A stretch of DNA of 64,000 bases, from IMG/VR virus record IMGVR_UViG_3300044724_003561; one strand, given 5' to 3'. Below the pieces are notes generated by a model. The model had not been told where the DNA came from, searched no databases, and saw nothing but the letters and a program-made list of their open reading frames with translations. The translations under genes and the position numbers were made by a program. Position 1 is the first letter of the stretch. Each line of letters opens with the position of its first letter. Of this stretch, positions 48,423 to 59,688 are shown piece by piece. This stretch comes from an uncultured virus (IMG/VR IMGVR_UViG_3300044724_003561) (taxonomy: Duplodnaviria > Heunggongvirae > Uroviricota > Caudoviricetes).

Positions 48423-48758
48423 ATGGCAGCAATAGCTAATTATAATATAGATCAAGGTACAACTTTCAGTTCAACTGTAACCGTAAGAGATAACAGCGGA
48501 GATCCGTTAGATTTAACGGGTTATACGGCAACTGCAAAGATGGCATTGGGATATAGTTCTACAAGAACAAGAACAGATTTAACTATTGTGTTTGATGGTG
48601 ACAGGACAACTGGAGAAGTTACAATGTCACTAACTGCAACACAAACAGCTGCTTTAGAAGCGCCTGCAAGATATGTTTATGATTTAGACATAACAGATTC
48701 TTCAGGTACAGTAACAAGAATAATTGAAGGTCTAATAACTGTTAGACCTAACGTATAA
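48423..48758 (+). CDS. Small virion adaptor protein (Ig-like/BppU N-terminal-like)
   Basis: NIDQGTTF, DLTGYTA, LTATQTAAL...RYVYD...RIIEG.I.V.P pattern common in phage fibre clusters. Confidence 0.7.
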   Translation: MAAIANYNIDQGTTFSSTVTVRDNSGDPLDLTGYTATAKMALGYSSTRTRTDLTIVFDGDRTTGEVTMSLTATQTAALEAPARYVYDLDITDSSGTVTRIIEGLITVRPNV

Positions 48759-48778
48759 TAACTAAGGAGAAATATAAC

Positions 48779-49033
48779 ATGAGTAGTGAAAATATCAACT
48801 CAACAACAGCACCTGCGACAGAACAAACTTTTACAATTGATGGTAAAGACTATAAAAGAAGTGAGTTAAATACAAAAACTTTAAATAGTATTATCATTAG
48901 ACAAGACCTACAAGCAACTAGAGTTAAGTTGTCTTTAGAGTTAGAAAAAGTTGCTATTTTACAAAAACACTATGATGATATTATTGCCGCTGAATTGGGC
49001 ATTGATACATCAAAAGAAGCTGAAAAAAAGTAG
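48779..49033 (+). CDS. Hypothetical protein, possible fibre chaperone
   Basis: TFTIDGKDY followed by a coiled-coil; SD AAGGAG. Confidence 0.6.
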   Translation: MSSENINSTTAPATEQTFTIDGKDYKRSELNTKTLNSIIIRQDLQATRVKLSLELEKVAILQKHYDDIIAAELGIDTSKEAEKK

Positions 49034-49050
49034 TTATTAATTAGTTTTAC

Positions 49051-49098
49051 ATTACCTTATTATTATAAATATTATAAACTTACTAGTAATAAGGTAAT
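49051..49098 (+). promoter_or_regulatory. RBS-sequestering hairpin enclosing a late promoter
   Basis: ATTACCTTATTA (49051-62) and TAATAAGGTAAT (49087-98) form a perfect 12-bp inverted repeat; TATAAATA at 49064-71; SD AAGGT lies in the right arm. Confidence 0.7.
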
Positions 49099-49329
49099 AT
49101 GGCAGACAGAATAACAGCTACAATTAATAATAGTACTTCGGGACCGAGAAACGTTTCCGTTACTGTTCCATCAGCTTCAACTAGACTTAATGCTCTAGGT
49201 GATGTTAACGTTACAACGTTAAATGATGGTGCAATGCTTCAATATGATGATAATTCTAAAAAATGGACGAGTCGAACTGATATAAAAACTGAAAGTGGAA
49301 ATTTAATATTAAACGGTGGCACATTTTAA
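49099..49329 (+). CDS. Small fibre-associated protein
   Basis: L..LGDV......GAMLQYD....KW module; ends NGGTF. Confidence 0.7.
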   Translation: MADRITATINNSTSGPRNVSVTVPSASTRLNALGDVNVTTLNDGAMLQYDDNSKKWTSRTDIKTESGNLILNGGTF

Positions 49330-49349
49330 AAGATAGGGAGAGATTTTAA

Positions 49350-51746
49350 ATGGCAACAATAATCAAAATTAAACGAACCACTGGTGCTAATGCACCCAGC
49401 GGCCTTAACCAAGGGGAATTAGCTTATGTCTATGATACTTCAGCAACCGATAGTGGTGCTGGTGGTAATGGTATTAGGTTATTCATTGGTGATCCAACAT
49501 CTTCATCTAATTCAGCAATTGAAATTGGTGGAAGATATTACACACAACTTTTAGACCACACACCAGGAACGCTAACTGCGTCTTCTGGTTTAGTAGTAGA
49601 TTCTAATAAAGCAATTGATGAATTGCTTATTGGTAATAATGCTACCACAGGTGGTACAATAAAATTAAACGAAGGTACTAATAACGGCGCACATTTTGTA
49701 GCTCTTAAATCTCCCAATTCTTTAGCTGCAGACGTTACTTATACTCTTCCAGGTACTTACTCAAATGGTCAATTCTTAACAGTTGACGGTTCTGGTAATT
49801 TAAGTTTTGCTGCTGTTCCATCTGGTTCATTTACTTTATCTGATGGCTCAACTACCGATACATTTACTACTGGTGAAACTTTAACATTTACTGGTGGTAC
49901 AGGTTTAACATCAACTATTTCTGATAACACAGTTACTTTTGATTTAGATAACACTGCTGTAACTCCAGGTGCATATGGTTCTTCAACTGCAATTCCAACA
50001 TTTACTGTTGATCAACAAGGTCGTTTAACAGCGGCTGGTACGGCTACAATATCAACAACATTAGATATTGCTGCTGATAGTGGTACAGACGATGGTGTTG
50101 CATTAGGTTCAGACACATTAACATTTACTGGTGGTACAAATATTGATACTTCAGTTTCTGGTGATACAGTTACAATCAGCACACACGCTGACGTACTAAC
50201 AGCTTCATCAACACATACTTTAACAAATAAAACATTTGACGCAAATGGAACTGGTAACTCAATTTCAAACATTGAAGTTGCTGATTTTGCTTCTAGTGTT
50301 GTTGAAACTGATTTATCCGTATCTTTAACTACAGATGACAGCACTCTTGCTTCTGCTAAAGCAATTATAACTTATGTTGATAATCAAGTTACAGCACAAG
50401 ACTTAGATATAAGTGCTGATACAGGTACTGCTTCAATTGATTTAGATAGTGAGTCATTATCATTTGTTGGTGGAACTGGTATTAATACAACAACTGATAA
50501 CTTAACTAAAGAATTAACAATAGATATAGACAGTACTGTTGCTACGTTAACAGGAAATCAAACTTTACAAAACAAAGTAATTGATAGTGCAAACAACACT
50601 TTAACATTAGATTTATCTGAAGGTACTTTAACTGGTACTTTATCAGAATTTAATAGTGCATTGTCTGATGGTTCTTTTGCTACATTAGCAGGAACAGAAA
50701 CATTATCAAATAAAACACTTACAACACCTAAATTTGCTGACGCTGGTTATCTTGCTGACGCAAATGGTAACGAGTTAATTCTATTAAGAACAACTGCAAG
50801 TGCTGTTAATGAATTACAAGTTACTAACGCTGCTACTGGTGATGGAGTAGAAATTGCTACAACAGGCGATGACACTAACATTGATCTAGTATTAAATCCA
50901 AAAGGTTCTGGTTCAGTAGATGTTAATAACAGTAAAATTACAAACGTTAGTGATCCAAGTTCAGACCAAGACGCTGCTACAAAAGCATATGTTGATAGTG
51001 TTGCAAATGGTTTAGATGTAAAAGATAGTGTTAAAGTTGCTACAACTGCCAATTTATCTGCTACTTATGATAATGGCGCAGGAACATTAACCGCTGGTTC
51101 AAATGGTGCAATATCAATTGACAGCGTTTCTTTAACTTCAGGTGATAGAGTTTTAGTTAAAGATCAATCAACAGCTACTCAAAACGGTATCTATACTGTA
51201 ACAACTGTTGGTGATGGTTCAACTGCGTATGTATTAACAAGAAGTCCAGATGCTGATACAGCTTCAGAATTAACTGGTGGTACTTTCTTCTTTGCTGAAC
51301 AAGGTTCTACAAATGCTGATAACGGCTATGTTGCTACACATAACGGCGTACCAACATTTGGTAGTACAAGTATTACATTTTCTCAATTCTCTGGCGCTGG
51401 TCAAATAAGTGCTGGTGACGGTTTAACAAAAACTGGTAATCAAATAGATGTTGCTGTTGACGACAGTACGATTGAAATATCATCTGACGCATTACAAATT
51501 AAATCAACTTATGCTGGTCAAACATCAATCACAACATTAGGAACTATTAGTCAAGGTACTTGGAATGGTGATGTTATTGGCGAAGTATATGGTGGTACAG
51601 GACAAAGTTCATACACTACTGGTGATATTTTATTCGCTAGTGGTTCAAACACACTTGATAAGTTAACACTTGGTGCAAGTGGTAAAATTTTACAATCAGA
51701 CGGTAGTAATATTACGTACGGCGATTTAGACGGCGGAACTTACTAA
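49350..51746 (+). CDS. Tail fibre-like protein (798 aa)
   Basis: MATIIKIKR...GELA N-terminus; TVDQQGRLT, DAATKAYVD, DRVLVKDQ...QNGIY modules; ends DGGTY. Confidence 0.8.
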   Translation: MATIIKIKRTTGANAPSGLNQGELAYVYDTSATDSGAGGNGIRLFIGDPTSSSNSAIEIGGRYYTQLLDHTPGTLTASSGLVVDSNKAIDELLIGNNATTGGTIKLNEGTNNGAHFVALKSPNSLAADVTYTLPGTYSNGQFLTVDGSGNLSFAAVPSGSFTLSDGSTTDTFTTGETLTFTGGTGLTSTISDNTVTFDLDNTAVTPGAYGSSTAIPTFTVDQQGRLTAAGTATISTTLDIAADSGTDDGVALGSDTLTFTGGTNIDTSVSGDTVTISTHADVLTASSTHTLTNKTFDANGTGNSISNIEVADFASSVVETDLSVSLTTDDSTLASAKAIITYVDNQVTAQDLDISADTGTASIDLDSESLSFVGGTGINTTTDNLTKELTIDIDSTVATLTGNQTLQNKVIDSANNTLTLDLSEGTLTGTLSEFNSALSDGSFATLAGTETLSNKTLTTPKFADAGYLADANGNELILLRTTASAVNELQVTNAATGDGVEIATTGDDTNIDLVLNPKGSGSVDVNNSKITNVSDPSSDQDAATKAYVDSVANGLDVKDSVKVATTANLSATYDNGAGTLTAGSNGAISIDSVSLTSGDRVLVKDQSTATQNGIYTVTTVGDGSTAYVLTRSPDADTASELTGGTFFFAEQGSTNADNGYVATHNGVPTFGSTSITFSQFSGAGQISAGDGLTKTGNQIDVAVDDSTIEISSDALQIKSTYAGQTSITTLGTISQGTWNGDVIGEVYGGTGQSSYTTGDILFASGSNTLDKLTLGASGKILQSDGSNITYGDLDGGTY

Positions 51747-51771
51747 TCGTCATTGAATAGGAAATATATTA

Positions 51772-52230
51772 ATGGCGACAGTTATTAAACTAAAAAGAGG
51801 TACGGACACTCCAACTACAAGTGATCTTGTAAGTGGAGAGGTTGCGATTGATACTTCAAGTCAAAAGTTTTATATCAATGACGCTGGTGTTATAAAAGAA
51901 ATAGGTGGTGCGGCTGCTGCTGGTAATGGTGCATTAGTTGATTTAACAGATACAAATTTCACAACTCAACTACCTAGTCAAATTTTAAATTATAATGGTA
52001 GTGAATGGAAAAATGATTTTCAACATAATGTTGGTAAAAGAGTGCCATTTACAAAAACAGATGGAACTGAAGCTACTCTTGCTCTTGTAAATAATAAAGA
52101 TATGACTACAGTTAATGGATTTTTAGATCACGTTGTTGTACAATCATATTATTTACCATTCACAACTGCAAATGGAACATCAATACAAACAATTAGACCA
52201 GGCCATATGCCAACAATGGAAGGAATATAA
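51772..52230 (+). CDS. Fibre adaptor protein
   Basis: MATVIKLKRGT...GEVAID N-terminus; two PFT..D/NGT motifs. Confidence 0.65.
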   Translation: MATVIKLKRGTDTPTTSDLVSGEVAIDTSSQKFYINDAGVIKEIGGAAAAGNGALVDLTDTNFTTQLPSQILNYNGSEWKNDFQHNVGKRVPFTKTDGTEATLALVNNKDMTTVNGFLDHVVVQSYYLPFTTANGTSIQTIRPGHMPTMEGI

Positions 52231-52235
52231 AGTAA

Positions 52236-55200
52236 ATGAGTGCTAAAACTCCAATACGAGCAACGTTTAATGGATCTGAAGTATCAGGTCTTGCCGAATA
52301 TCAATCAGGTGAATTTATTGATCTATCGCACGGAGGTCTTGGTGCCTCTTTATCTATTGGTACTACAGGTCAGGTTATAAAAGTCAACTCTGCTGGTACA
52401 GCTTTAGAATTTGGTAACGTTGAGGCTATTGTAAATATTGATAATGCTACTGATCTAACAAGTTCAACACTTGCGGCTAGTGATCAAATTTTATTATCAG
52501 ATGGCGGAACTGAAGGTAGAGTTACATTATCACAATTAGATACTTTATTTTCTGGCACTACACAAACTTTAACAAACAAAACTTTAACTGATCCTATTAT
52601 TTCAAATACAATTATATTTGAAGGTTCTACAGATGATGATTTTGAAACAATTTTAGAAGTTACAGATCCAACGGCTGATAGAACAATTACTTTTCAAAAT
52701 GCTAGTGGTACAGTTGCTTTCTTATCAGACGTATCTGGTGGTGGTCAACCTGGTGCATTTACAACATTAACAATTGATAACAACATTGTTTTTGAAGGTG
52801 CAACAGCTGATGAAAACGAATTAACTTTAACTGTTGCTGATCCAACAGCAGATAGAACAGTTACTATACCTGACGCTACAGGTACAATAGTATTAAAAGA
52901 TACAACAGATACATTAACTAATAAATCAATTAGTTTAACAAATAACACATTAACAGGTACATTAGCAGAATTTAATACTGCTTTATCAGATGGCTCATTT
53001 ACTTCTTTAGCGGGAACAGAAACACTTACAAATAAAACTATAGATAGTGCTAATAACACAATTACTTTAGATTTATCTGAAGGTACTTTAACTGGTACTT
53101 TATCAGAATTTAATTCTGCTTTATCGGATGGCTCGTTTGCTTCTTTAGCAGGAACAGAAACGTTAACTAATAAAACGTTAACATCACCAGTTATTTCTAC
53201 AATCAGTAATTCAGGCACATTGACATTACCTACGTCAACTGATACATTAGTTGGTAGAGCTACTACTGATACATTAACAAATAAAACATTAACAAGTCCA
53301 GTTATATCAACTATTTCTAACTCAGGTACTTTAACGTTACCTACATCAACTGATACATTAGTTGGTAGAGCTACAACAGACACGTTAACAAATAAAACTT
53401 TAGGTGCTACAACTATTGCTGGTCACTTAACACCAGATACAAATGAAACATATGATTTAGGTTCATCATCATTTAAATTTAGAGATATATATTTGAGTGG
53501 TACTTCTATTAATTTAGGAGATGCTACAATAACTGCTGATGGTAGTTCAATAGTATTACCAGCAGGTACAACAGTTTCAGGTGGTAATGGTGCAGCTGTC
53601 GACTTAAACTCAACACAAACTTTAACTAACAAAACAATTGACGCTTCTAGTAATACTTTAAGTAACATTGCTAATACGTCTTTAACTAATTCTACAATTA
53701 CACTTGCTGGTGACTCAGGTTCACAAGCAATAGATTTAGGTGACACTTTAACAATTGAAGGTACATCAAACGAAATAGAAACATCACAATCAGGTGATAC
53801 ATTAACTATTGGTTTGCCAGATGATGTAACAATAGGACAAGATTTAAGCGTAAGTAGAAATTTAACAGTTACAGGTAACTTAACTGTAAATGGAACTACT
53901 ACAACAGTTAATACTACAAACACAACTGTTTCAGACTCAATATTAGAGTTAGCAACTGGTACAACAGGAACACCTGCTAATGACGCTGGTATCGTAATTG
54001 AAAGAGGAGATAGTAATAACGCATTTATCGGATTTGATGAAAGTACAGATAAATTTACAGTTGGTACTGGTACATTTACTGGTGCAACATCTGGTGATTT
54101 AACAATTACAACAGGAACATTAGTTGCAAATTTAGAAGCTACAACTGCTACATTAGGTGGTAGTGATATTCTATCAACTGATAATACTAAAACTTTATCA
54201 AATAAAACTATTAATCTTTCAAGCAATACTTTAACAGGTACAGCTGCAGAATTTAATAGTGCTTTAAGTGATGGAACATTTGTTGAAATTGATGCTTCAC
54301 AAACATTAACTAACAAAACTTTAACTACTCCTGTTATTTCATCTATTTCAAATACAGGAACATTAACACTTCCTACAAGTTCAGATACATTAGTTGGAAG
54401 AGCTACATCGGATACTTTAACTAATAAAACAATTAGTGGTTCAAGTAATACTTTATCTAATATTGATAACTCATCTTTAAGTAATTCTACAATTACTATT
54501 CAAGGAAGTGATTCAAGTTCAGACGCTGTTGCTCTTGGAGAAACATTAACAATTGCAAACGGTGAAGGTATTACTACAGAAATTGCTTCAAATACTTTAA
54601 CAATTACTGGAGAAGACGCTACAGATACAAACAAAGGTTTGGCTTCATTTAATGCTACAGACTTTTCAGTATCTTCAGGAAATGTTACTTTACAAACAGA
54701 AAGAATACAAGATATTGCTGGTGCAATGTTCAGTTCAAATACTGAAACATTAATTACAGCAACTTACCAAGATGTTGACGGCACAATAGATTTAGTTGTA
54801 GATAGTAATTTAGCAAACTATGATAACTCATCTTCTGGTTTCATAACAGCTTCATCTACATCAACATTAACAAATAAAACTTTTGACGCAAATGGTACAG
54901 GTAACTCAATATCAAACATTGAAGTTGCTGATTTAGCGACTGGTGTTTTAGATACAACTTTTTCAAGTGTATCTGTAAGTGATAACACACTTGCTTCAGC
55001 AAAAGCAATTAAGGCTTATGTTGATGCTCAAGTAACTGCTAGTGCATTGGCAATTGCTGGTGATAGTGGTACTGGTTCAATAGATTTAGACACAGAAACT
55101 TTTTCAGTTTTAGGTGGTACAGGATTAACAAGTGCAAGTAGTGGAAATGCTATTACACTTAATATAGACAATGGCGGAGTTGATACTACACAATTAGCAG

Positions 55201-58200
55201 ACGCTGCTGTTGAAACAGCCAAAATAGACAACCTTGCTGTAACTACTGCTAAAATAAATAATTTGGCTGTAACTAATGCTAAATTAGGTGCTGACTCTGT
55301 TGATGGAACAAAAATTGCTGATGATAGTATAAATTCAGAGCATTATGTAGATGGTTCAATTGATACTCAACACATTGGTGACGACCAAGTTACAACAGCT
55401 AAAATTGCTGACTCAAATGTAACTGAAGGTAAAATTGCAAACAATGCTGTTACTGTTGCTAAATTAGCAACTACTTTAGATTTATCATCTAATACTGTAA
55501 CGTTACCAAGTTCATTTGTAACTACAACAGGCACACAAACACTTACAAATAAAACAATAAGTGGTGCTTCAAATACTTTAACAAGTATCGGTAATGCTTC
55601 ATTAACAAATTCTACAATTACACTTACAGGTGATAGTGGTACAAATGCTATAGATTTAGGCGATACAATTACAGTTTCAGGAACTGCAAACGAAATAGAA
55701 ACAAGTGTATCTGGTGATACTTTAACAATTGGTTTACCAGATGATGTTACAATTGGAAACAATTTATCTGTAACAGGTAACACTACAATTACAGGAAATT
55801 TAACAGTTAATGGTACTACAACTACAGTTAACTCAACAGCAGTTAATATTCAAAACGCATTTACATTTGAAGGTGCAAGTGCTGACGCATATGAAACAAC
55901 TTTAACAGTTGTTGATCCTACTGCTGACAATACAATTAATTTACCAAACGCTTCTGGTACAATTGTATTAAGAGATACAACTGAAACATTAACTAACAAA
56001 ACAATAAGTGGTGCTTCAAATACTTTAACAAATATTGGAAACAGCTCGTTAACAAATAGTAAGATCACAATTTCTGATGGTTCAAATACACAAGATTTAG
56101 ACTTAGGTAACACATTAACTATTACTTCAGGTGAAGGAATTGACGCCGTTGTATCTGCAACAGACACTTTAACAATTTCTGCTGAAGAAGCTACTTCATC
56201 TAATAAAGGTGTTGCTTCATTTAATTCTACAGACTTTACAGTAACTTCTGGTGCTGTAACTCTAAACGCTGAAAGAGTACAAGACATTGCTGGTGCAATG
56301 TTTAGTAGTAACACAGAAACACTTATTACTGCTTCATACCAAGACGCTGATGGAACAATTGATTTAGTTGTTGATAATGATTTAGCAAATTACGATAATA
56401 CTAATTCTGCTTTCATTACTGCTTCATCAACAGATACTTTAACAAATAAAACATTTGACGCTAACGGTTCTGGTAACTCAATTACAAATATTGAAGTGGC
56501 AGATTTTGCTGCTGGTGTTTTAGATACTGATTTAGCTTCGGTATCTGCTAGTGATAATACTGTGGCTTCTGCTAAGGCAATTAAAGCTTACGTTGACGCT
56601 CAAGTAACTGCTAGTGACTTAGACTTCCAAGCAGATACAGGTGGTGCTTTATCTATTGATTTAGATAGTGAAACGTTATCATTTACTGGAGGAACTGGTA
56701 TTGATACAGTTGGTTCAGGAAACAATGTAACGTTTAATATTGATTCAACTGTTGCGACATTAACAGGATCACAAACGTTAACAAACAAAACTTTAACAAG
56801 TCCAGTAATTGCTACAATTTCAAATACAGGAACTATTACTTTACCATCATCTACAGACACATTAGTTGGTAGAAACACTACAGATACGTTAACTAATAAG
56901 ACTATTGACACTGCTAACAACACAATTACTGTTGTTGAGGCAGATATATCTGATTTACAATCTTACATACTTACTGACAGTACTGATACGTTACAAAACA
57001 AAACAATTAACTTATCAGATAATACTTTAACAGGTACAACAGCACAATTTAATAGTGCTTTATCAGATGGTTCATTTGCTACATTGGCTGGTACTGAAAC
57101 ATTAACAGGTAAAACAATCAATACTGCAAGTAACACAATTACTGTTGTTGAAGCTGATATTTCAGATTTACAATCGTACATTTTAGCTGACTCTGCTGAT
57201 ACTTTAGAAAACAAAACTATTGCTTTAGGAAGTAATACAATTTCTGGTTCACTTGCTGAGTTTAATAGTGCATTGTCTGATGGTTCATTTGTTTCATTAG
57301 CAGGAACAGAAACATTAACAAATAAAACTTTAACATCACCTACAATTACAGGTACTGGTGCAATTGCTGGTACATTTACTGGTAATATCACAGGTGACGT
57401 AACTGGTAATGCTGACACAGCAACTGCCTTAGCTACTGCTAGAAATATTGGTGGAGTGTCATTTGATGGTACAGCCAATATTAATTTGCCTGGAGTTAAT
57501 ACAACAGGTAACCAAGATACTTCAGGAAATGCTGCTACAGCTACAATATTAGAAACTGCTAGAACGATTGCAGGTCAAAGTTTCGATGGTTCAGCAAACA
57601 TAACTATCGCTTCAACAGATTTATCTAACACAAGTGATGTTGTATTATTAACTTCTACACAGACTTTAACGAATAAAACATTAACCTCACCTACAATCAC
57701 AGGCACAGGTGCAATCGCAGGAACATTCACAGGTAATATTACTGGTGATGTTACAGGAAATGCTGATACAGCAACTGCTTTAGAAACAGCAAGAACTATT
57801 GCTGGTCAATCATTTGACGGTACATCAAATATTACAATCGCTGCTACAGATTTATCTGACACAGATCAATCACTATCAACTACAGATAATGTAACGTTTA
57901 ATGATATGACTGTTTCTGGTAATTTGACAGTAAGTGGTACAACAACAACAGTAAATACAGAAACTATAAATCTTGCTGATAACACTATTACTTTAAATAG
58001 TAACGAAGCAGGTACACCATCACAAGACGGTGGTATAGAGATTGAACGAGGTACTTCAACAAATAAAACATTATTATGGAACGAAACATCAGATAAATGG
58101 ACTGTTGGTTCTGAAACATTTGTTGCTGGTACATTTGAAGGTGCTTTAACAGGTGATGTTACAGGTAACGTAACAGGTGATGTAACAGGTAATGCTGATA

Positions 58201-58985
58201 CAGCAACTGCATTAGAAACTGCTAGAACAATTGGTGGTGTATCATTTGACGGAAGCGCTAATATTAATTTACCAGGCGTTAATACTTCTGGTAACCAAGA
58301 TACTTCAGGAAATGCTGCTACAGCTACTGCATTAGAAACTGCTAGAACAATTGCTGGTCAATCATTTGATGGCTCTGCTAATATTACTATTGCTTCAACA
58401 GATTTATCTAACACGTCAAATATTACTTTAAATGACGAAACACAGACTTTAACTAATAAGACAATTAACACTGCTTCTAATACAATTACAGTTGTGGAAG
58501 CCGACATTTCTGATTTACAATCTTACATACTTGCTGATAGTACGGATACATTAACAAATAAATCTGGTAATATATCACAATGGACAAATGATGCTGGTTA
58601 CTTAACTTCGTTTACAGAAACAAACGATTTGACATCATCTGTTACTTGGGCTAATGTTCCTAACGCAAATATAACTGAAAGTTCAGTAACACAACACCAG
58701 GCAGCATTAAGTGTAACAGAATCTCAAATTAGTGATCTACAGTCTTATATTACGGCTACAAGTACAGATACACTAACAAATAAAACAATTGACGCTTCTA
58801 GTAATACAATATCAAATATTGGAGATAGTCAATTAACAACAGGTATTGACGCTGCTAAAATTTCATCTGGATCAGTAAGTAATACTGAATTTGATTATTT
58901 AGATGGTGTTACATCAAGTGTTCAAACACAGTTAGATAATAAATCAACAAGAGGATTTGCTATTGCTATGGCAATTGCATTATAA
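52236..58985 (+). CDS. Giant repeat-built tail fibre protein (2249 aa)
   Basis: Dozens of T-L-T-N-K-T motifs; repeated [23 protein letters not shown] and FEG...DPTADRT modules; ends AIAMAIAL. Confidence 0.85.
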   Translation: MSAKTPIRATFNGSEVSGLAEYQSGEFIDLSHGGLGASLSIGTTGQVIKVNSAGTALEFGNVEAIVNIDNATDLTSSTLAASDQILLSDGGTEGRVTLSQLDTLFSGTTQTLTNKTLTDPIISNTIIFEGSTDDDFETILEVTDPTADRTITFQNASGTVAFLSDVSGGGQPGAFTTLTIDNNIVFEGATADENELTLTVADPTADRTVTIPDATGTIVLKDTTDTLTNKSISLTNNTLTGTLAEFNTALSDGSFTSLAGTETLTNKTIDSANNTITLDLSEGTLTGTLSEFNSALSDGSFASLAGTETLTNKTLTSPVISTISNSGTLTLPTSTDTLVGRATTDTLTNKTLTSPVISTISNSGTLTLPTSTDTLVGRATTDTLTNKTLGATTIAGHLTPDTNETYDLGSSSFKFRDIYLSGTSINLGDATITADGSSIVLPAGTTVSGGNGAAVDLNSTQTLTNKTIDASSNTLSNIANTSLTNSTITLAGDSGSQAIDLGDTLTIEGTSNEIETSQSGDTLTIGLPDDVTIGQDLSVSRNLTVTGNLTVNGTTTTVNTTNTTVSDSILELATGTTGTPANDAGIVIERGDSNNAFIGFDESTDKFTVGTGTFTGATSGDLTITTGTLVANLEATTATLGGSDILSTDNTKTLSNKTINLSSNTLTGTAAEFNSALSDGTFVEIDASQTLTNKTLTTPVISSISNTGTLTLPTSSDTLVGRATSDTLTNKTISGSSNTLSNIDNSSLSNSTITIQGSDSSSDAVALGETLTIANGEGITTEIASNTLTITGEDATDTNKGLASFNATDFSVSSGNVTLQTERIQDIAGAMFSSNTETLITATYQDVDGTIDLVVDSNLANYDNSSSGFITASSTSTLTNKTFDANGTGNSISNIEVADLATGVLDTTFSSVSVSDNTLASAKAIKAYVDAQVTASALAIAGDSGTGSIDLDTETFSVLGGTGLTSASSGNAITLNIDNGGVDTTQLADAAVETAKIDNLAVTTAKINNLAVTNAKLGADSVDGTKIADDSINSEHYVDGSIDTQHIGDDQVTTAKIADSNVTEGKIANNAVTVAKLATTLDLSSNTVTLPSSFVTTTGTQTLTNKTISGASNTLTSIGNASLTNSTITLTGDSGTNAIDLGDTITVSGTANEIETSVSGDTLTIGLPDDVTIGNNLSVTGNTTITGNLTVNGTTTTVNSTAVNIQNAFTFEGASADAYETTLTVVDPTADNTINLPNASGTIVLRDTTETLTNKTISGASNTLTNIGNSSLTNSKITISDGSNTQDLDLGNTLTITSGEGIDAVVSATDTLTISAEEATSSNKGVASFNSTDFTVTSGAVTLNAERVQDIAGAMFSSNTETLITASYQDADGTIDLVVDNDLANYDNTNSAFITASSTDTLTNKTFDANGSGNSITNIEVADFAAGVLDTDLASVSASDNTVASAKAIKAYVDAQVTASDLDFQADTGGALSIDLDSETLSFTGGTGIDTVGSGNNVTFNIDSTVATLTGSQTLTNKTLTSPVIATISNTGTITLPSSTDTLVGRNTTDTLTNKTIDTANNTITVVEADISDLQSYILTDSTDTLQNKTINLSDNTLTGTTAQFNSALSDGSFATLAGTETLTGKTINTASNTITVVEADISDLQSYILADSADTLENKTIALGSNTISGSLAEFNSALSDGSFVSLAGTETLTNKTLTSPTITGTGAIAGTFTGNITGDVTGNADTATALATARNIGGVSFDGTANINLPGVNTTGNQDTSGNAATATILETARTIAGQSFDGSANITIASTDLSNTSDVVLLTSTQTLTNKTLTSPTITGTGAIAGTFTGNITGDVTGNADTATALETARTIAGQSFDGTSNITIAATDLSDTDQSLSTTDNVTFNDMTVSGNLTVSGTTTTVNTETINLADNTITLNSNEAGTPSQDGGIEIERGTSTNKTLLWNETSDKWTVGSETFVAGTFEGALTGDVTGNVTGDVTGNADTATALETARTIGGVSFDGSANINLPGVNTSGNQDTSGNAATATALETARTIAGQSFDGSANITIASTDLSNTSNITLNDETQTLTNKTINTASNTITVVEADISDLQSYILADSTDTLTNKSGNISQWTNDAGYLTSFTETNDLTSSVTWANVPNANITESSVTQHQAALSVTESQISDLQSYITATSTDTLTNKTIDASSNTISNIGDSQLTTGIDAAKISSGSVSNTEFDYLDGVTSSVQTQLDNKSTRGFAIAMAIAL
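53160..53381 (+). repeat. Two tandem 111-nt coding repeats with identical 37-aa translation
   Basis: [37 protein letters not shown] twice. Confidence 0.9.
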
Positions 58986-58996
58986 ATATATAAATA
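58981..58996 (+). promoter_or_regulatory. Tandem late promoter motifs
   Basis: TATAAATA at 58981-88 and 58989-96. Confidence 0.7.
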
Positions 58997-59011
58997 TAAG
59001 AGAGAGAAAAC

Positions 59012-59344
59012 ATGGCACAGAATTTTAGAAGATACACAGCAAGAAACGTTGGAACTTCAGCTACAACAGTATTTACAGCTGACAGTTATGACACAGTAAT
59101 TGGTATAGCATGTGCTAATATTACAACAGCTGAAATAAAAGTTGACGTGATATTAAATGATGCTGATTCTTCAAATGACGTGTACCTTATCAAAGGTGCA
59201 CCAATTCAAAATGGTGGCACTTTACAAGTAATAGATGGTGGAGCTAAATACGTAGTAAAAAGTGGAGACGTTTTAAAAGTCGTTTCTAATACTGCTAGTT
59301 CACTTGATGTTATTGTAAGTGTAGTAGATGATATTTCAACATAG
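59012..59344 (+). CDS. Small fibre-associated virion protein
   Basis: MAQNF...K.V...GDVLKV.S....SLDVIVS pattern common in marine phage fibre clusters. Confidence 0.7.
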   Translation: MAQNFRRYTARNVGTSATTVFTADSYDTVIGIACANITTAEIKVDVILNDADSSNDVYLIKGAPIQNGGTLQVIDGGAKYVVKSGDVLKVVSNTASSLDVIVSVVDDIST

Positions 59345-59353
59345 GAACAATAA

Positions 59354-59608
59354 ATGGCTTATATAGGAAACAACATAGATATTAGTAAAGTCAGATTTGC
59401 TGAAATGAAGGCTACTTCTTTAGACAAATCTGCAATTCAAACAATTTATTTAGGCGGCGGTGAAGATGGAGTTAATAACTCACCTACAGATGCTTTTGGA
59501 GTTTCTTTAGAACAAGTACTAACAGATTGTAATAATTCAAGTTTCGATATTATTGATATGGGAACAATTGAAGATACAGTTGGAATAGTCGATTTTGGTT
59601 ATATTTAA
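59354..59608 (+). CDS. Small fibre adaptor protein
   Basis: MAYIGN N-terminus; ends DMG...DFGYI. Confidence 0.65.
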   Translation: MAYIGNNIDISKVRFAEMKATSLDKSAIQTIYLGGGEDGVNNSPTDAFGVSLEQVLTDCNNSSFDIIDMGTIEDTVGIVDFGYI

Positions 59609-59643
59609 ACTAATAAAAAACGGGGAGTTAAACAACTTATTAT

Positions 59644-59651
59644 TATAAATA
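59644..59651 (+). promoter_or_regulatory. T4-type late promoter inside an imperfect inverted repeat
   Basis: TATAAATA flanked by AAACAACTTATTATT / AATAATAGAAGTTAGTTT. Confidence 0.7.
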
Positions 59652-59688
59652 ATAGAAGTTAGTTTGTTAATAAAGGGAGAGAACAACA

